A stretch of DNA of 64,000 nucleotides from NCBI RefSeq assembly GCF_044704955.1, contig NC_091985.1:89156001-89220000 (forward strand), in the 5' to 3' direction. The DNA comes from Pristiophorus japonicus (Eukaryota). Shown here piece after piece: positions 13,590 through 25,380 of the stretch (its first letter is position 1; every line of letters starts with the position of its first letter). Both the position numbers and the translations under genes were made by a program. The notes under the pieces are model-generated. The model was not told the origin of the DNA, ran no database searches, and saw only the letters and a list, made by a program, of their open reading frames with translations.

Positions 13590-13942
13590 GTGACCACAAA
13601 ATAGTTAGGTTCAGTAGACAAGGATAATGAAGAGTGAAAAATAAAAGTATTGGACTGGAAAAAAGGCAAAATTTAACGAAGTAAGAAGGAATCTGGCCCC
13701 CATTAACTGGGCATAAAAGTTAGCAAATTTATCAATCGACCAGTAGTGGGAAATCTTTAAGTATGAGATAAAGTACAAAATAAATATATTCCTATTAGGT
13801 GAAGAATGGATGCATCAAACTATAAAGTTCCATGAATAAGTAGAGTAAAATTAAACTGAAATTCTTAAGGAAGATTTATGATCAAATTATGGCTAACAAT
13901 ACCAAAGATAATCATAAGGAATGTATAAAGTGGAGTAAAGAA

Positions 13943-14345
13943 GGAAAGACTTGCATTTATATAATGCCTTTCATGACCACCGGACGTCTCAAAGCACTTT
14001 ACAGCCAATGAAGTACTTTTGGAGAGTCCCTGGAAGTCCCTGGCCCAAGACCGCCCTAAGTGGAGGCAGTGCATCCGAATGGGTGCTGAGCACCTCGAGT
14101 CTCAACGCCGAGAGCATGCAGAAATCAAGCGCAGACAGCGGAAGGAGCGTGCGGCAAACCAGTCCCACCCACCCCTTCCCTCAATGACTATCTGTCCCAC
14201 TTGTGACAGGGACTGTGGCTCTAGTATTGGACTGTTCAGCAAAAGAACTCACTTCAGGAGTGGAAGCAAGTCTTCCTCGACTCCTAGGGACTGCCTATGA
14301 TGATGATGATTTGGAGAGTAGTCACTGTTGTAATGTGGGAATAGT
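13943..14345 (-). mobile_element. 3' tail of a Deu-type shark SINE, interrupted by RTE
   Basis: Reverse complement of the SINE tail at 45500-45600 (CATTGGCTGTAAAGC.CTTTGAGAC.TCCGGTGGTCATGAAAGGC). Confidence 0.75.
14028..14309 (+). mobile_element. 5'-truncated RTE-clade LINE 3' end
   Basis: WKSLAQDRPKWR...CPTCDRDCGSSIGLFS peptide, (TGA)n tail, 10-bp TSD TTTGGAGAGT (14018-14027 / 14310-14319). Confidence 0.88.
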
Positions 14346-14533
14346 GTATGGAGATAGAAAGGGAAATTAGGTGGGTTAAAACCAAATATGGAAAAAGGCT
14401 AGCAAATAATATAAAAGGAAGGATTTTCTGAAGCATATAAAAAGTAAAAGAATAGCCAAAGAGAGGATGGGACTGATCAGAGGTGATGGAAGAAATCTAA
14501 TTGTAGACGACAAAGGTATGGTGGAGATAATAA

Positions 14534-14676
14534 CAATGTTTCCTATTAGCTGTGCGGAAGTGCAGCTCACTGCAGGTCCCAAGCAGCCGGCGAGCCGGCT
14601 TTTGAATAGAAAAACCACACATGCGTAGAGTTTTGAATTGTCCGCGTGGTCCCCCCAAAAAGTAGAGGGAACATTG
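14534..14676. mobile_element. hAT-like MITE
   Basis: TIRs CAATGTTTCCTATT / rc CAATGTTCCCTCTA; 8-bp flanks GATAATAA / GATATTCA (6 of 8 match). Confidence 0.7.
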
Positions 14677-15658
14677 GATATTCAGTTAATACTTTACATT
14701 GATTTTTATGAAGGATGGTGGGAATGAGAATGGAAATGTGCTAGTGAATATGTAGCAATTGTTAAATAACCACAAAAGAAGAATTGGTCCTGAAAAATAG
14801 CACAACTCAAGATGGATAAATTATCAGCCCCTGGTGGCATGCACTTTACCCTGTTAAAAAAAGTTGAAGGAGAGCTAGCAGAGTCTCTGGCCACAATTTT
14901 TCAATGCTCTTTCAATGTGTAAATTGTGCCGTGGGACTGGAGAGTTGACAAATTTGTTCTCTTGATGGGAGAGAGGGATAAATTCAGCAGCTATAGACCA
15001 ATTCATCTAAAGTCAGTTGTGTAAACATTTTTAGAATGGAGAATTCAAGGTCAAATTAGTGAGTATTTAAAAATGAATAGGTTAATCAAGAACACCCAGC
15101 ATGGATTTATTAAAGGCAAGTATTAATTAACAAATGTAATGGAGTTTCTTTTGAAAAAAATGACCAATTGTGCAGATAAAGGGAATGCGGTAGATGTAGT
15201 GTGTATGGATTTTCAAAAGGTAGCGATGAAGTGTCTTACAAGATACTTGATAGAAATATTTAGGTGTATGGTATAAGATGAAATGTAGCTGCAGGATAGA
15301 AAGTTGATTAACAGTCAGTAAACAAAGAGTTAGGATAAATGAGTCTTGATCAGACAAGTGAAGCGTTGGAAGTGGTGAAGCCCAAGGATCAGTGCTGGGT
15401 CCACTTTTCTTCTCCATATACATAGATTACTTAAACTTGGGCACCCTGTATAGGAATCACAATCCTGAACTTTGCTAAAGATACAAAAGCAGGCGTTTTG
15501 GCAAACAGTGGGGACAACCATAAAAGACTTCAGGAAGACATAGACAGGTGAGTGGAATGGGCAGAGAGGTAGCAGATGAAATTTAATGTAGATAAACGTT
15601 AAGTAATTAATTTTGAAAGTAAATACAAGGAATAGAATTTACACAATTGAAAGATACT

Positions 15659-16272
15659 TGGCTAGAATTTCCTATGGCTTACCGCCCGGTTTCTGGACGG
15701 TATTGGCCATTGTGGGCGCTAATCAGGTAAGCGGAAAATTCCCTACCTGAGTTACGCCGGCGGTTTTGAGGTACCGCTGAGGAGCAGACTGCCGGCGTGC
15801 ACTATCCTGAGATCGCTCTGGCACAATATTTGGGCCAGCGGTGACCCGCAGTTGAGTATGAAAAAAACTGCCCACGAGGATCAGCGGACCTGGCCAGTAG
15901 GTGAGCAGCTCTTCAAGAAAAAGGTTAGTAATTGGTTTTTTACTAATTATTTTTTAAATCTGTTCTTATTTAGTTTAAAAGGGCCTTGGGAAGGTTTTTT
16001 TGATTTTTAGGTGATGTTTTTTTTGAAAAATTATTTTATTGTTTTTCTGCTGCTAGGCCCAACCTACAGCCTCAGGGTAAATTTTTATCGATTTTTTTAT
16101 TTATCGCTCATTTTGTTTAGGAACCGGCCAACTGACCTTAAATTGCACTTTTTCACTCGGCGGATATTTTTATTTTTTGGGAGGGAAGTTTTCGCCAGTG
16201 ATAATCATCCCAATCTTAGCAGTCTTTTGGGCAGCAATCGGGCGCTGGCGGGCTGATAGAAACTTCTAGCCC
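15659..16272. mobile_element. Harbinger-like MITE (GGGCTAGAA TIR family)
   Basis: TIRs (t)GGCTAGAATTTCCTAT / rc GGGCTAGAAGTTTCTAT; 3-bp TSD ACT; CR1 sequence resumes on both sides. Confidence 0.8.
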
Positions 16273-16394
16273 ACTGAAAGATGTGGATGAACAGAGAGAG
16301 AATAAGGTTCAACTGTATAATTCTCTGAAAGTGTGAGTTCAGATAAATAAAGCCATAAAAACACCCAATTATATTTGGGTTTTATCGAGGCATG

Positions 16395-19300
16395 GGGCTA
16401 GAACCTCCACTTTTTTTGCATGCTTAACGCCCACTTAACGCCCATTTTACCGCTGAAATGATATATAACGGCCATATAGCGCCCATTTTGGCACAGAATG
16501 GAAACTGACGGGCTGTTTTAGGAGACTTATCGCCGAGCATTACTTTCCCCATGTGCTTAACGGCGGGAAAAAATATTACCGCCTGCCCACTTTTTGGGGG
16601 CGGAATCAGCAGAATGGGCGAAATCAACACCCATACTTCCTGCGTGGAATTAACGCCGAGATTCAATATGAACTCCCACCCACTGATTTTGTCGTAAAGA
16701 GCATATTTACCCAAACTAGCGGCCATGGAGATCGCCCATAGTCAATTTCACGACCTCGCACGCATATCGGCCAGAATATCGCTCGCTCAAAATATTGCCC
16801 ACAAAAGTGAAACTAACCGGAACGAACGCCAGCGGTGTGGCTGGCATTTGTTAAATCCCACTCTTACGTGAGGAGCTGATATCTGAAAGATTTGTTTGAA
16901 AGAGCGCTGATGTGAGTGACAACGCTGACACACTGCTGTGTGTGTGCAGCTCAGATATCAATGGTGCCCATTACCTTAGTGCCAGTTAAAGTTTACGTTG
17001 ATTGATGTTAAGTTTTATTTAACACTTTCATGGTAAGGAATCACCAGTGTGTAATGGTCCAGCTATCTGAGACAATGCGCAACAAGGTTATGTTCAATGA
17101 CAAAAGTTTAATACCAACATTGGTCTGAAATCATAAGTGCAACAGCCAATAGCACCCAACCCTCGCCCACACCCCACTTTTCACACCATTGACATAAATC
17201 ACATGTTCAACATGTCCAGCAATGCAGAATACAAAGGCAAAGCAGGAGTGTGGTCCCCAGCCCCCATACATTGCAACAAATTGCATACACCCAGATGGAG
17301 ATATAACACAACCATCACCTGCGCACATGCACCTCACTTTCCTTCCCCCCTCTCCTTCTTCTCCCCACCTCTACACCTTCCCCTCCTTGCTCCACTTCGC
17401 CTGGCCGAGGAGCTCCTCAGGTGGTGCCTCATTGGGGGGGATGAAGGCAGATGTGGTGGTCGCACGGGTATGAGAGCGGGGGGTGCCGAGGGGGCAACAT
17501 TCTCTAATGCAGAAGCAGGATCTTGGTCCTTGCTCTCATCTGTCATTGGTGCGGAACCTAGGGGTGGAGTGCCGCGCTCGGGGACCACTGGGAGGCCTCT
17601 GGCAGCCGTGTTCCTGGCTATCGCATCCAGGGCCTCCGCCATGCATTGGAATGTACACGGTCATGGTGGCCAGCTGTCGGGATATGCCCCCCAATGCTTC
17701 GATGAGCCGGTCACCAATGTCTACAGTCCTCCTGGATACCTGTACCATCTCTCCGCTGTCATATCGTGCTTGTGGAACAGACCTGCCGCGTCCATGAAAC
17801 CTCCGCGGGGTCGGCGCCGTCCTGGGGACAAATGTGGTTCCCTGTGGAGAGGTGCTTCCAGAGTGGAGACGGGAATGACCGGAGGACCACTAGATGACCT
17901 TGGGGTGGAATGACTTCTGGAGCGTGGCGATGCAGGTTCTTCGAAGTCCACGCTCTCATCCGTCGAGAACAGACCCAGCGGATTGACGGGCGAGAATCGG
18001 AGTTCCTCAACACCAGATGTAGTAGGATCATCTGCCGACTCCTGCCCCATGCCCTCACCTTCTGGCCTCTGTGGTCTTGCCTGGAGCCGCGCTGCTGGCT
18101 GAGCTGCAAAACACAAATGAGGTTATTAGAGGAGAAGCGGGTGCTAGGGTGACAAGTGCTACACACAGCATATACACGACAAAAGCACCACCGCTCTCAA
18201 AATTACCACAGATATCACATTTCATGACCATCAACACATTGTGCATTGCAATGATTTTCATTAGGCCAGCATTGTTTCTATGACACTTTTAGAAATTATC
18301 TATCATATATGATTGTTCGGTTATGAGTTGGTGTGGCATCTATAGACGTTATATGACGCAATGGTGTAAGCTTTACTCACGTGGCATCACTTCAGAGTCT
18401 GCAGATGAATCTGTGGCTGTCCGTGGGCACCTCACCACGAGTGCGAGCACTCGCTCCTCCATCTCAGTGATGTTGCTGGGGACTGGTGGCCCCTCACCCG
18501 TTCACCTCTGCACGGACTTCATCGTCAATAGCTTCTTCTGTAAAAGGTGACAGGACAACATGGCATGAGATCATTGTGTGATATCATTGCTAGGTACTGT
18601 CACAGAGACTGATACAACACATAACCGACATATGTAATCATGATTATTATGATTATTATCATTCTTTACCTAAAGACGTACACCATGACCGCAGGCTTTG
18701 AGTAAAACATTCCCAGTAAAAATGCAAGACCTCACATCTGCTGATAGTCACTCGTGACTGTTACAAATCAAATTATATAAATTCATAAATACATGTAAAT
18801 CAATATAATACTCTTGCGGATCCCACAAGATCGTTCCATCGTTTGCAGCATTGGTTGCCCTCACACACCTCATTGGTCGCCGACGAGACCACCTCTGCTA
18901 TCTCAGTCCATATCCTCTGGTAGGCCTTTAGGGTGGGCTTCCCACGCCCTCCCTGTGTCAAATCACTCCAGCGTAACTCGACCTCCTGCAGGAGGGAGGC
19001 ATTTGCCTCGTCCGAGAACCTCCTGGCTCTTTTGCGGCCTCCAATGTGCTCCTCTCCCACCTCACTGCTCTCCCCAGCGTCAGATTCCACATCGGCTGTG
19101 ATGCCTCCTCCTCTCTCTCCATTATAGGGCAAATTCGGTCAAATATGTGGCTGGTAACAGCTCATTTTTGTTTGCCTACTTGCTGTGAAGCTCTAAAGTC
19201 TCCCTCCTTCCTCCCAAAGCAGCCATACCACACCCAGACACGCCTTCAGTCCCTCTGAGCTCCCTTTCTGTCTCCTCTTCTGCGCATGTCATGGAGACCC

Positions 19301-19559
19301 TTGACCTCCAGAATCACAGGAATCGAGCGTTGCCATGTCATTGTTAAGGACGGCTACACTTTACGGCAGAAGGTCAAAAAAAATTTAACGCTACCGCCTA
19401 TTTAGTATCGCTCACAGTAACTCCCATTTTCAAAAATGTAAACTAGGTGTTTTGGGAATGGGCGAGAAGCCGGCGATCTGAAAACCCCTTTTTTTAATGC
19501 CCACGCTGGAAATAACGCCCATTTTTAGGCGATAAGCACAAAAGTGGAAGTTCTAGCCC
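16395..19559 (-). mobile_element. PIF/Harbinger-like DNA transposon carrying only a Myb/SANT-like gene
   Basis: About 24-bp TIRs GGGCTAGAAC(C/T)TCCACTTTT..GC, flanks ATG/ATA, subterminal TAACGCCC repeats, internal three-exon Myb-like gene. Confidence 0.88.
17334..19122 (-). pseudogene. Harbinger Myb/SANT-like (trihelix) DNA-binding protein, three exons (about 19122-18812, 18537-18381, 18103-17334)
   Basis: RKRARRFSDEANASLLQEV...IWTEIAEVVS...QCCKRWNDL; GT-AG introns with matching phases 0 and 1; exon 2 reads KKLL..R*TGEGPP..TEMEERVL. One TGA (18504-18502) and frameshifts. Confidence 0.85.
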
Positions 19560-20199
19560 ATAGAGTAAAAAAGTCAAATAATGATAAATGTATACAACAT
19601 TTTGATTGGGGTACTGTGTGCAGTTCTGGGCATCCATGGTATAAAGGAACTTAAAGCCATTGAGAGTATACAATATAGCTTCACCAGGATGATGCCACGG
19701 ATGGAGCAGAGAATAGTAGTACTTCCACAGGAGCACAGTAGGCTATCAGGATATTTCTTAGTGGTTTGTAAAATCATGTAGAGCTTTAATGGAGTCAATT
19801 GGGTAAAACTCTGGTTTTGGTGTCAGTGACAAAGGTCATCAATTTAAAATATCACTCCCAATAGCACTAAGAGAGAGGTTACGCACATAAATGGGGTTTC
19901 CAAAATTGCTCCATGACCTCCCCCAACCTTATGTCTGAAATCTAACCTGTCCTCCACCTCTGGCCCTTTGTGCATCCTCCCTTCCTTTCATCAGTACCTT
20001 CAACCCCCTCAGCCCTACTCTCACTCCGTAACCACTATGGCTCTTCATTTCTCTCTCCATCTTTAAAAGCTTTTACCATATTTTTCTGCGTTACAATCAT
20101 TACCTCACTTCAAAACTAATTCTTTGGCTGTGCAATACACTGGGACATCTTGAGGCTGTGAAATATGCTATTTAAATGAATGTTCTTCCTTTAACATTG

Positions 20200-20850
20200 A
20201 ACTTTGCAGCACAGGAGGTCATTTGGCACATTGTGTCTGCTGGCTCTCTGAAAGTGCTATGCACTTAGTCCCATTCTCCTGCTCTTTCCTTATCCACTCT
20301 CAAAACTTACTTTTTCAAATATTTAGTCACTTCCTTTTCAATAGCTATTATGGATATTGCTTCCACCACTATTTCTGGTAGGCCATTCTAACAATTCTCT
20401 ATGTAAAAAGGTTTCTCCTAACCTGTCCCCTCGATCTTAAATATATGCCCTTTTGTTACTGACTAACTGGCCACTGGAAGTAGATTTCCCCTATTTAGCT
20501 GATAAAAATACCTCAGGATATTGAAAGCCTTTATTAGATCTCCTCTTATTTCTCTCTGTTCCAGTGAAAAAAGCCAAGGTTTCCTCTCATTCCTGGCATC
20601 ATCTCAGTGAATCTCTTCTGTAGCTTTGACATCCTTCCTAAAGTAGGGCACCAAAACGGGACACAACAGAGCTGATTCCACACTCTCAGCAGGTAGCACG
20701 TGACACCAAGTCACAGAGGTGCAGCCCGCAGTTTCCCAGCATGTGCTTCCTGAGAGCACTGCTACCCACTGAGTGTGGAACCAGGCACCATATTCTAATT
20801 GCCGGCTTAGCAATGATTTGTATAGGTCTAGCATTACCTTCATGTTTCTG
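20200..20850 (-). mobile_element. Degenerate CR1 3' fragment
   Basis: LYKSL..RQLEY / PYFRKDVKA peptide and CR1 3' UTR-like sequence. Confidence 0.7.
20669..20788. mobile_element. About 120-bp palindromic MITE inside CR1
   Basis: GCTGATTCCACACTCTCAGCAGGTAGCA vs rc GCCTGGTTCCACACTCAGTGGGTAGCA. Confidence 0.6.
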
Positions 20851-22159
20851 CACTTTATGCCAGTTTTATGTTTTTTTAAACAGGTAATAAATCTGCTCCT
20901 CACATCTCCCCCTAATAGTTGGTTTTAATTTCTATTTTAATCAACAGGACAGTTGGTAGTATGGAGACAAGGCAGAGCAGCCAGAACCACCAGACATCAT
21001 CCTTTGATGTCAGCAGTTACATACCACATTCAGTAATAACATTACCATTTGCAGCAGGATTTTAGTAATACTTTGCCAACCATAATTTTCAGTATTTTTC
21101 TCACAACGTTGTAAGGAAAGCAGAAAGAAAGACTCGTGAGAATATTTAGAAGAAGAAAGCAACTTTCAGATTTCCTTTCCCCCATTCAAAAACACATGAT
21201 TCTGATTATTCTTGTATCCCTTTCAGTTTCTAAGGACCCACCTGTTGTGGCCTCTGCTAACAGTAATGGGTAATAAGACTTCATTGCTTTGTGCCTCTGT
21301 AAACATTGTATTTAATGTGTCAATGGCCTAATAGCAGTTTTGTTACATGCTTACTTCTAATGCTGCTATGATATATTGAATTCAATTAGAACTTAAGCCA
21401 TTGGGGAACATGAGTGCACCATTTTCCTCATCAGAATATGGTTTTAAAAACAGAAACTTGAAATACTGAAACAAAACAGAACAAAAATGTAAAAATGTTG
21501 ACATTATGGTTAATAGGAATCAGGATTTGCTCCCAATTGACAATTTGAAGCTGGGCTGAAGACTGACAGATTGACCTTTGGTCTTCTCCTTCAATCATCC
21601 AGCCTATCTTCAGATCAGCACATAGGCAAGCCCATTATTATTGAATCTGACTTACAATCCTTGCACTTAAATGCTGTTGCTGAACTACAGACATCCATGA
21701 GAGACCTGCACATAAACAGTTCTGATGTGTGAAATTCCATTAGTTATATATCTTTAAAAAGTCTATTCCATAGTCCTCTTTAATAGAAGCCAACAGTAGG
21801 AGATCGCCAACTTCGGTCTATGCTCACAAAAAGGAAATGTTTTCTGCCTGATTTCATAAAATCCACTAAGAATTATTACTAAACCATTCCGAAAGTGCTT
21901 TGTGAATTGGGACTCTCCACCTTAGAGAGAGGAAGAGCACTCAACAATTAGACTGGCACATATGGAAAATTATACTTCATTTATTTTTCATCAACCTTTG
22001 AATTCAAAATAAATACAATAGTGTTTAAAATGTCATGTAAAGGCATTCAAATCATAAAGAGTGAATACACCAGTTTAGATCAGTTACTTTATAAATGTAG
22101 CAGAAAGGTGACAGTTAATATGGTAGCTGTTGGTGGCTGCATAATTTTAACATATTTAT

Positions 22160-22505
22160 GCACATGGCTAAGTGACAGGAAACAGAAAGTAGTGCTGAAA
22201 GGTTGTTTTTCGGACTGTAGGAAGGTATACAGCAGTGTTCCCCAGTGGTCGGTACTAGGAGCACTGCTTTTCTTAATATATAATAATGACTTGGACTTGG
22301 GAGTACAGGGCACAGTTTCAAAATTTGCAGATGACACAAAACTTGGAATTATAGTGAACAGTGAGGAGTAGAGTGATAGACTTCAAGAGAACATAGACAA
22401 GCTGATGGAATGGGCAGACACGTGGCAGATGAAATTAATGCAGAAAACTGTGAAGTGATACATTTTGGTAGGAAGAATGAGGAGGAGCAATATAAACTAA
22501 AGGGT
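22160..22505 (+). mobile_element. CR1 RT fragment
   Basis: WLSDRKQKVV...VPQWSVLG...SKFADDTKLG. Confidence 0.85.
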
Positions 22506-25380
22506 ATGATGTCAGGCTAACTGGTCTATAATTACCCGTTTTCTCACTCCCTTCTTTTTTAAAAAGTGGTGTTACATTAGCTATCCTCCAGTCCATAGAA
22601 ACTGATCCAGAGTCAATAGACTGTTGGAAAATGATCACCAATGCATCCACTATTTCTCGGGCCACTTCCATAAGTACTCTGGGATGCAGACGATCAGGCC
22701 CCGGGGATTTATCGGCCTTCAATCCCATCAATTTCCCTAACACAATTTCCTCCTTCTCACTAGACCCACTGTCCCCTAGGACATTTGGAAGGTTATTTGT
22801 GTCTTCCTTCGTGAAGACAGAACCGAAGTATTTGTTCAATTGATCTGCCATTTCTTTGTTCCACATTATAAATTCACCTGAATCCGACTGCAAGGGACCT
22901 ACATTTGTCTTCACTAATCTTTTTCTCTTCACATATTTATAGAAGCTTTTGCAGTCAGTTTTTATGCTCCCTGCAAGCTTCCTCTCGTACTCTATTTTCC
23001 CCCTTGTCCTCCTCTGTTGAATTCTAAATTTCTACCAGTCCTCAGGTTTGTTACTTTTTCTAGCCAATTTCTATGCCTCTTCCTTGGTTTTAACATTATC
23101 CTTAATTTCCCTTGTTAGCCACGGTTGAACCACCTTCCCCGTTTTATTTTTACTACAGACAGGGATGTACAATTGCTGAAGTTCATCCATGTGATCTTTA
23201 AATGTTTGCCATTGCTTATCCACCGTCAACCTTTTAAGTATCATTCGCCAGTCTATTCTAGCCAATTCATGCCTCATACCGTCGAAGTTACCTTTCCTTA
23301 AGTTCAGGACCCTAGTTTCCAAATTAACTGTGTCATTCTCCATCTTAATAAAGAATTCTACAAAATTATGGTCAGTCTTCCCCAAGGGGCCTCGCACAAT
23401 AAGATTGCTAATTAGTCCCTTCTCATTACACATCACCCAGTCTAGGATGGCCAGCTCTCTGCTAGGTTCCTCGACATATTGGTCTCGAAAACCATCCCTA
23501 ATAAACTCCAGGAAATCCTCCTCCACCGCATTGCTACCAGTTTGGTTAGCCCAATCAATATGTAGATTAAAGTCACCCATGATAACTGCTGTACCTTTAT
23601 TGCACACATCCCTTATTTCTTGTTTGATGCTGTCCCCAACCTCACCACTACTATTTGGTGGTCTGTACACAATTCCCACTAGCGTTTTTTGCCCCTTGGT
23701 ATTCCGTAGCTCCATCCATACCGATTCCACATCATTCAGGCTAATGTCCCTCCTTACTATTGCATTAATTTCCTCTTTAACCAGTAACACCACCCCACCT
23801 CCTTTTCCTCTCTAAATGCTGAATACCCCTGGATGTTGAGTTCCCAGCCTTGGTCACCCTGGAGCCATGTCTCTGTGATGCCAATTACATCATATCCGTT
23901 AACTGCTATCTGCGCAGTTAATTCGTCCACCTTATACCGAATACTCCTCGCATTGAGGCACAGAGTCTTCAGGTTGTCTTTTTAACACACTTTGCCCCTT
24001 TAGAATTTTGCTGTAATGTGGCCCTTTTTGTTTTTTGCCTTGAGTTTCTCTGCTCTCCACTTTTACTATTCTCCTTTCTATCTTTTGCTTCTGCCTCCAT
24101 TTTATTTTCCTCTGTCTCCCTGCATAGGTTCCCATCCCCCTGCCATGTTAGTTTAACCCCTCCCCAACAGCACTAGAAAACACTCCCCTGAGAACATTGG
24201 TTCCAGTCCTGCCCAGGTGCAGACCGTCCAGTTTGTACTGGCCCCACCTCCCCCAGAACCGGTTCCAATGTCCCAGGAATTTGAATCCCTCCCTTTTGCA
24301 CCACTTCTCAAGCCACGTATTCATCTGGGCTATCCTGCAATTCCTACTCTGACTAGCACGTGGCACTGGTAGCAATCCTGAGATTACTACTTTTCAGGTC
24401 CTACTTTTTAAATTTAGCTCCTAGCTCCCTAAATTCGTCTTGTAGGACCTCATCCCATTTTTTACCTATATCGTTGGTACCTATGTGCACCACGACAACT
24501 GGCTGTTCACCCTCCCTTTTCAGAATGTCCTGCACCCGCTCCGAGACATCCTTGACCCTTGCATCCTGGGGTCCCGGTTGCAGCTGCAGAAATGCCTATC
24601 TATTCCCCTTACAATCGAATCCCCTACCACTATCGCTCTCCCACTGTTTTTCCTATCCTCCTGTGCAGCAGAGCCACCCACGGTGCCATGAACTTGGCTG
24701 CTGCTGCCCTCCCCTGATGAGTCATCCCCCTCAACAGTACCCAAAAGCGGTGTATCTGCTTTGCAGGGGTGTGATCGCAGGGGACTCCTGCACTACCTTC
24801 CTGTTGGTCACCCATTTACTATCTGGCTGTATACCCTTTACCTGCGGTAAGACCAACTCACTAAACGTGCTATTCACGTCATTCTCAGCATCGTGGATGC
24901 TCCAGAGTGAATCCACCCGCAGCTCCAGTGCCGCAATGCGGTCCGTCAGGAGCTGGAGGCGGATGCACTTCCCACATAGTACAGGAGGAGCATATGAACT
25001 CATTGAATGGCGGTGCAGGCTAGAAGGGCCGAATGGCCTACTCCTGCACCTATTTTCTATGTTTCTATGTTTCTATAACACGTGTCCGAGCTGCCCTGCC
25101 ATGACTTAACCCTTAGATTAACTTAATTTGGCAACAACAATGCTAAATGTTACTTACTGATATAGAAAAGAAAAAGAAAAACTACTCCCCAATCACCAGC
25201 CAATCACTTACCCCCTTGGCTGTGACGTCACCTTTCCATTTCTTTCTACTTTTTTTTTGCCTTCTCTCCCCACTGCAGCTGCACCGGCTGGGCCTTTATA
25301 GAGGCCTCACCAACGCCCCGAACTCCTGCTGCCGCTGGGCCTTTAAAGGCCGCTCCACACACCTTGAACTCCCGCCTCAT
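22506..25380 (-). mobile_element. CR1 LINE 5' half (5' UTR, ORF1 with Zn finger/leucine zipper and SGNH esterase, ORF2 EN to start of RT)
   Basis: CGKCIRLQLLTDRIAALE, AIVVGDSIVRG, DGLHL; EN GIVYRPPN / GDFN; NYRPVSLTS. Confidence 0.9.
24994..25076 (+). mobile_element. Tiny CR1 3' tail inserted antisense into CR1 ORF1
   Basis: GAATGGCGGTGCAGGCT.GAAGGGCCGAATGGCCTACTCCTGCACC followed by (TTCTATGT)n. Confidence 0.8.

Larger units (their letters stand above)
4880..19885 (+). mobile_element. Ancient degenerate CR1 LINE, split by many nested insertions
   Basis: Collinear CR1 remnants: ORF1 Zn/leucine-zipper (ICTMCQKIELLKQRISVLE, about 4978), EN end (VSSPT...QLGNSD|HKIVRF across the Gypsy-2 TSD), RT pieces 14400-15650 (QHGFIKGK, VDVVCMDFQK), C-terminal pieces 16275-16393 and 19560-19885. 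Confidence 0.75.

Noticed and set aside
17137-17913. 258-aa plus-strand ORF as possible transposase
   Set aside because: Antisense shadow of the GC-rich Myb exon 3; no DDE motifs.
22160-25380. Twin-priming 5' inversion of a single CR1
   Set aside because: The two halves appear to be different subfamilies, and there is no 3' tail or shared TSD.
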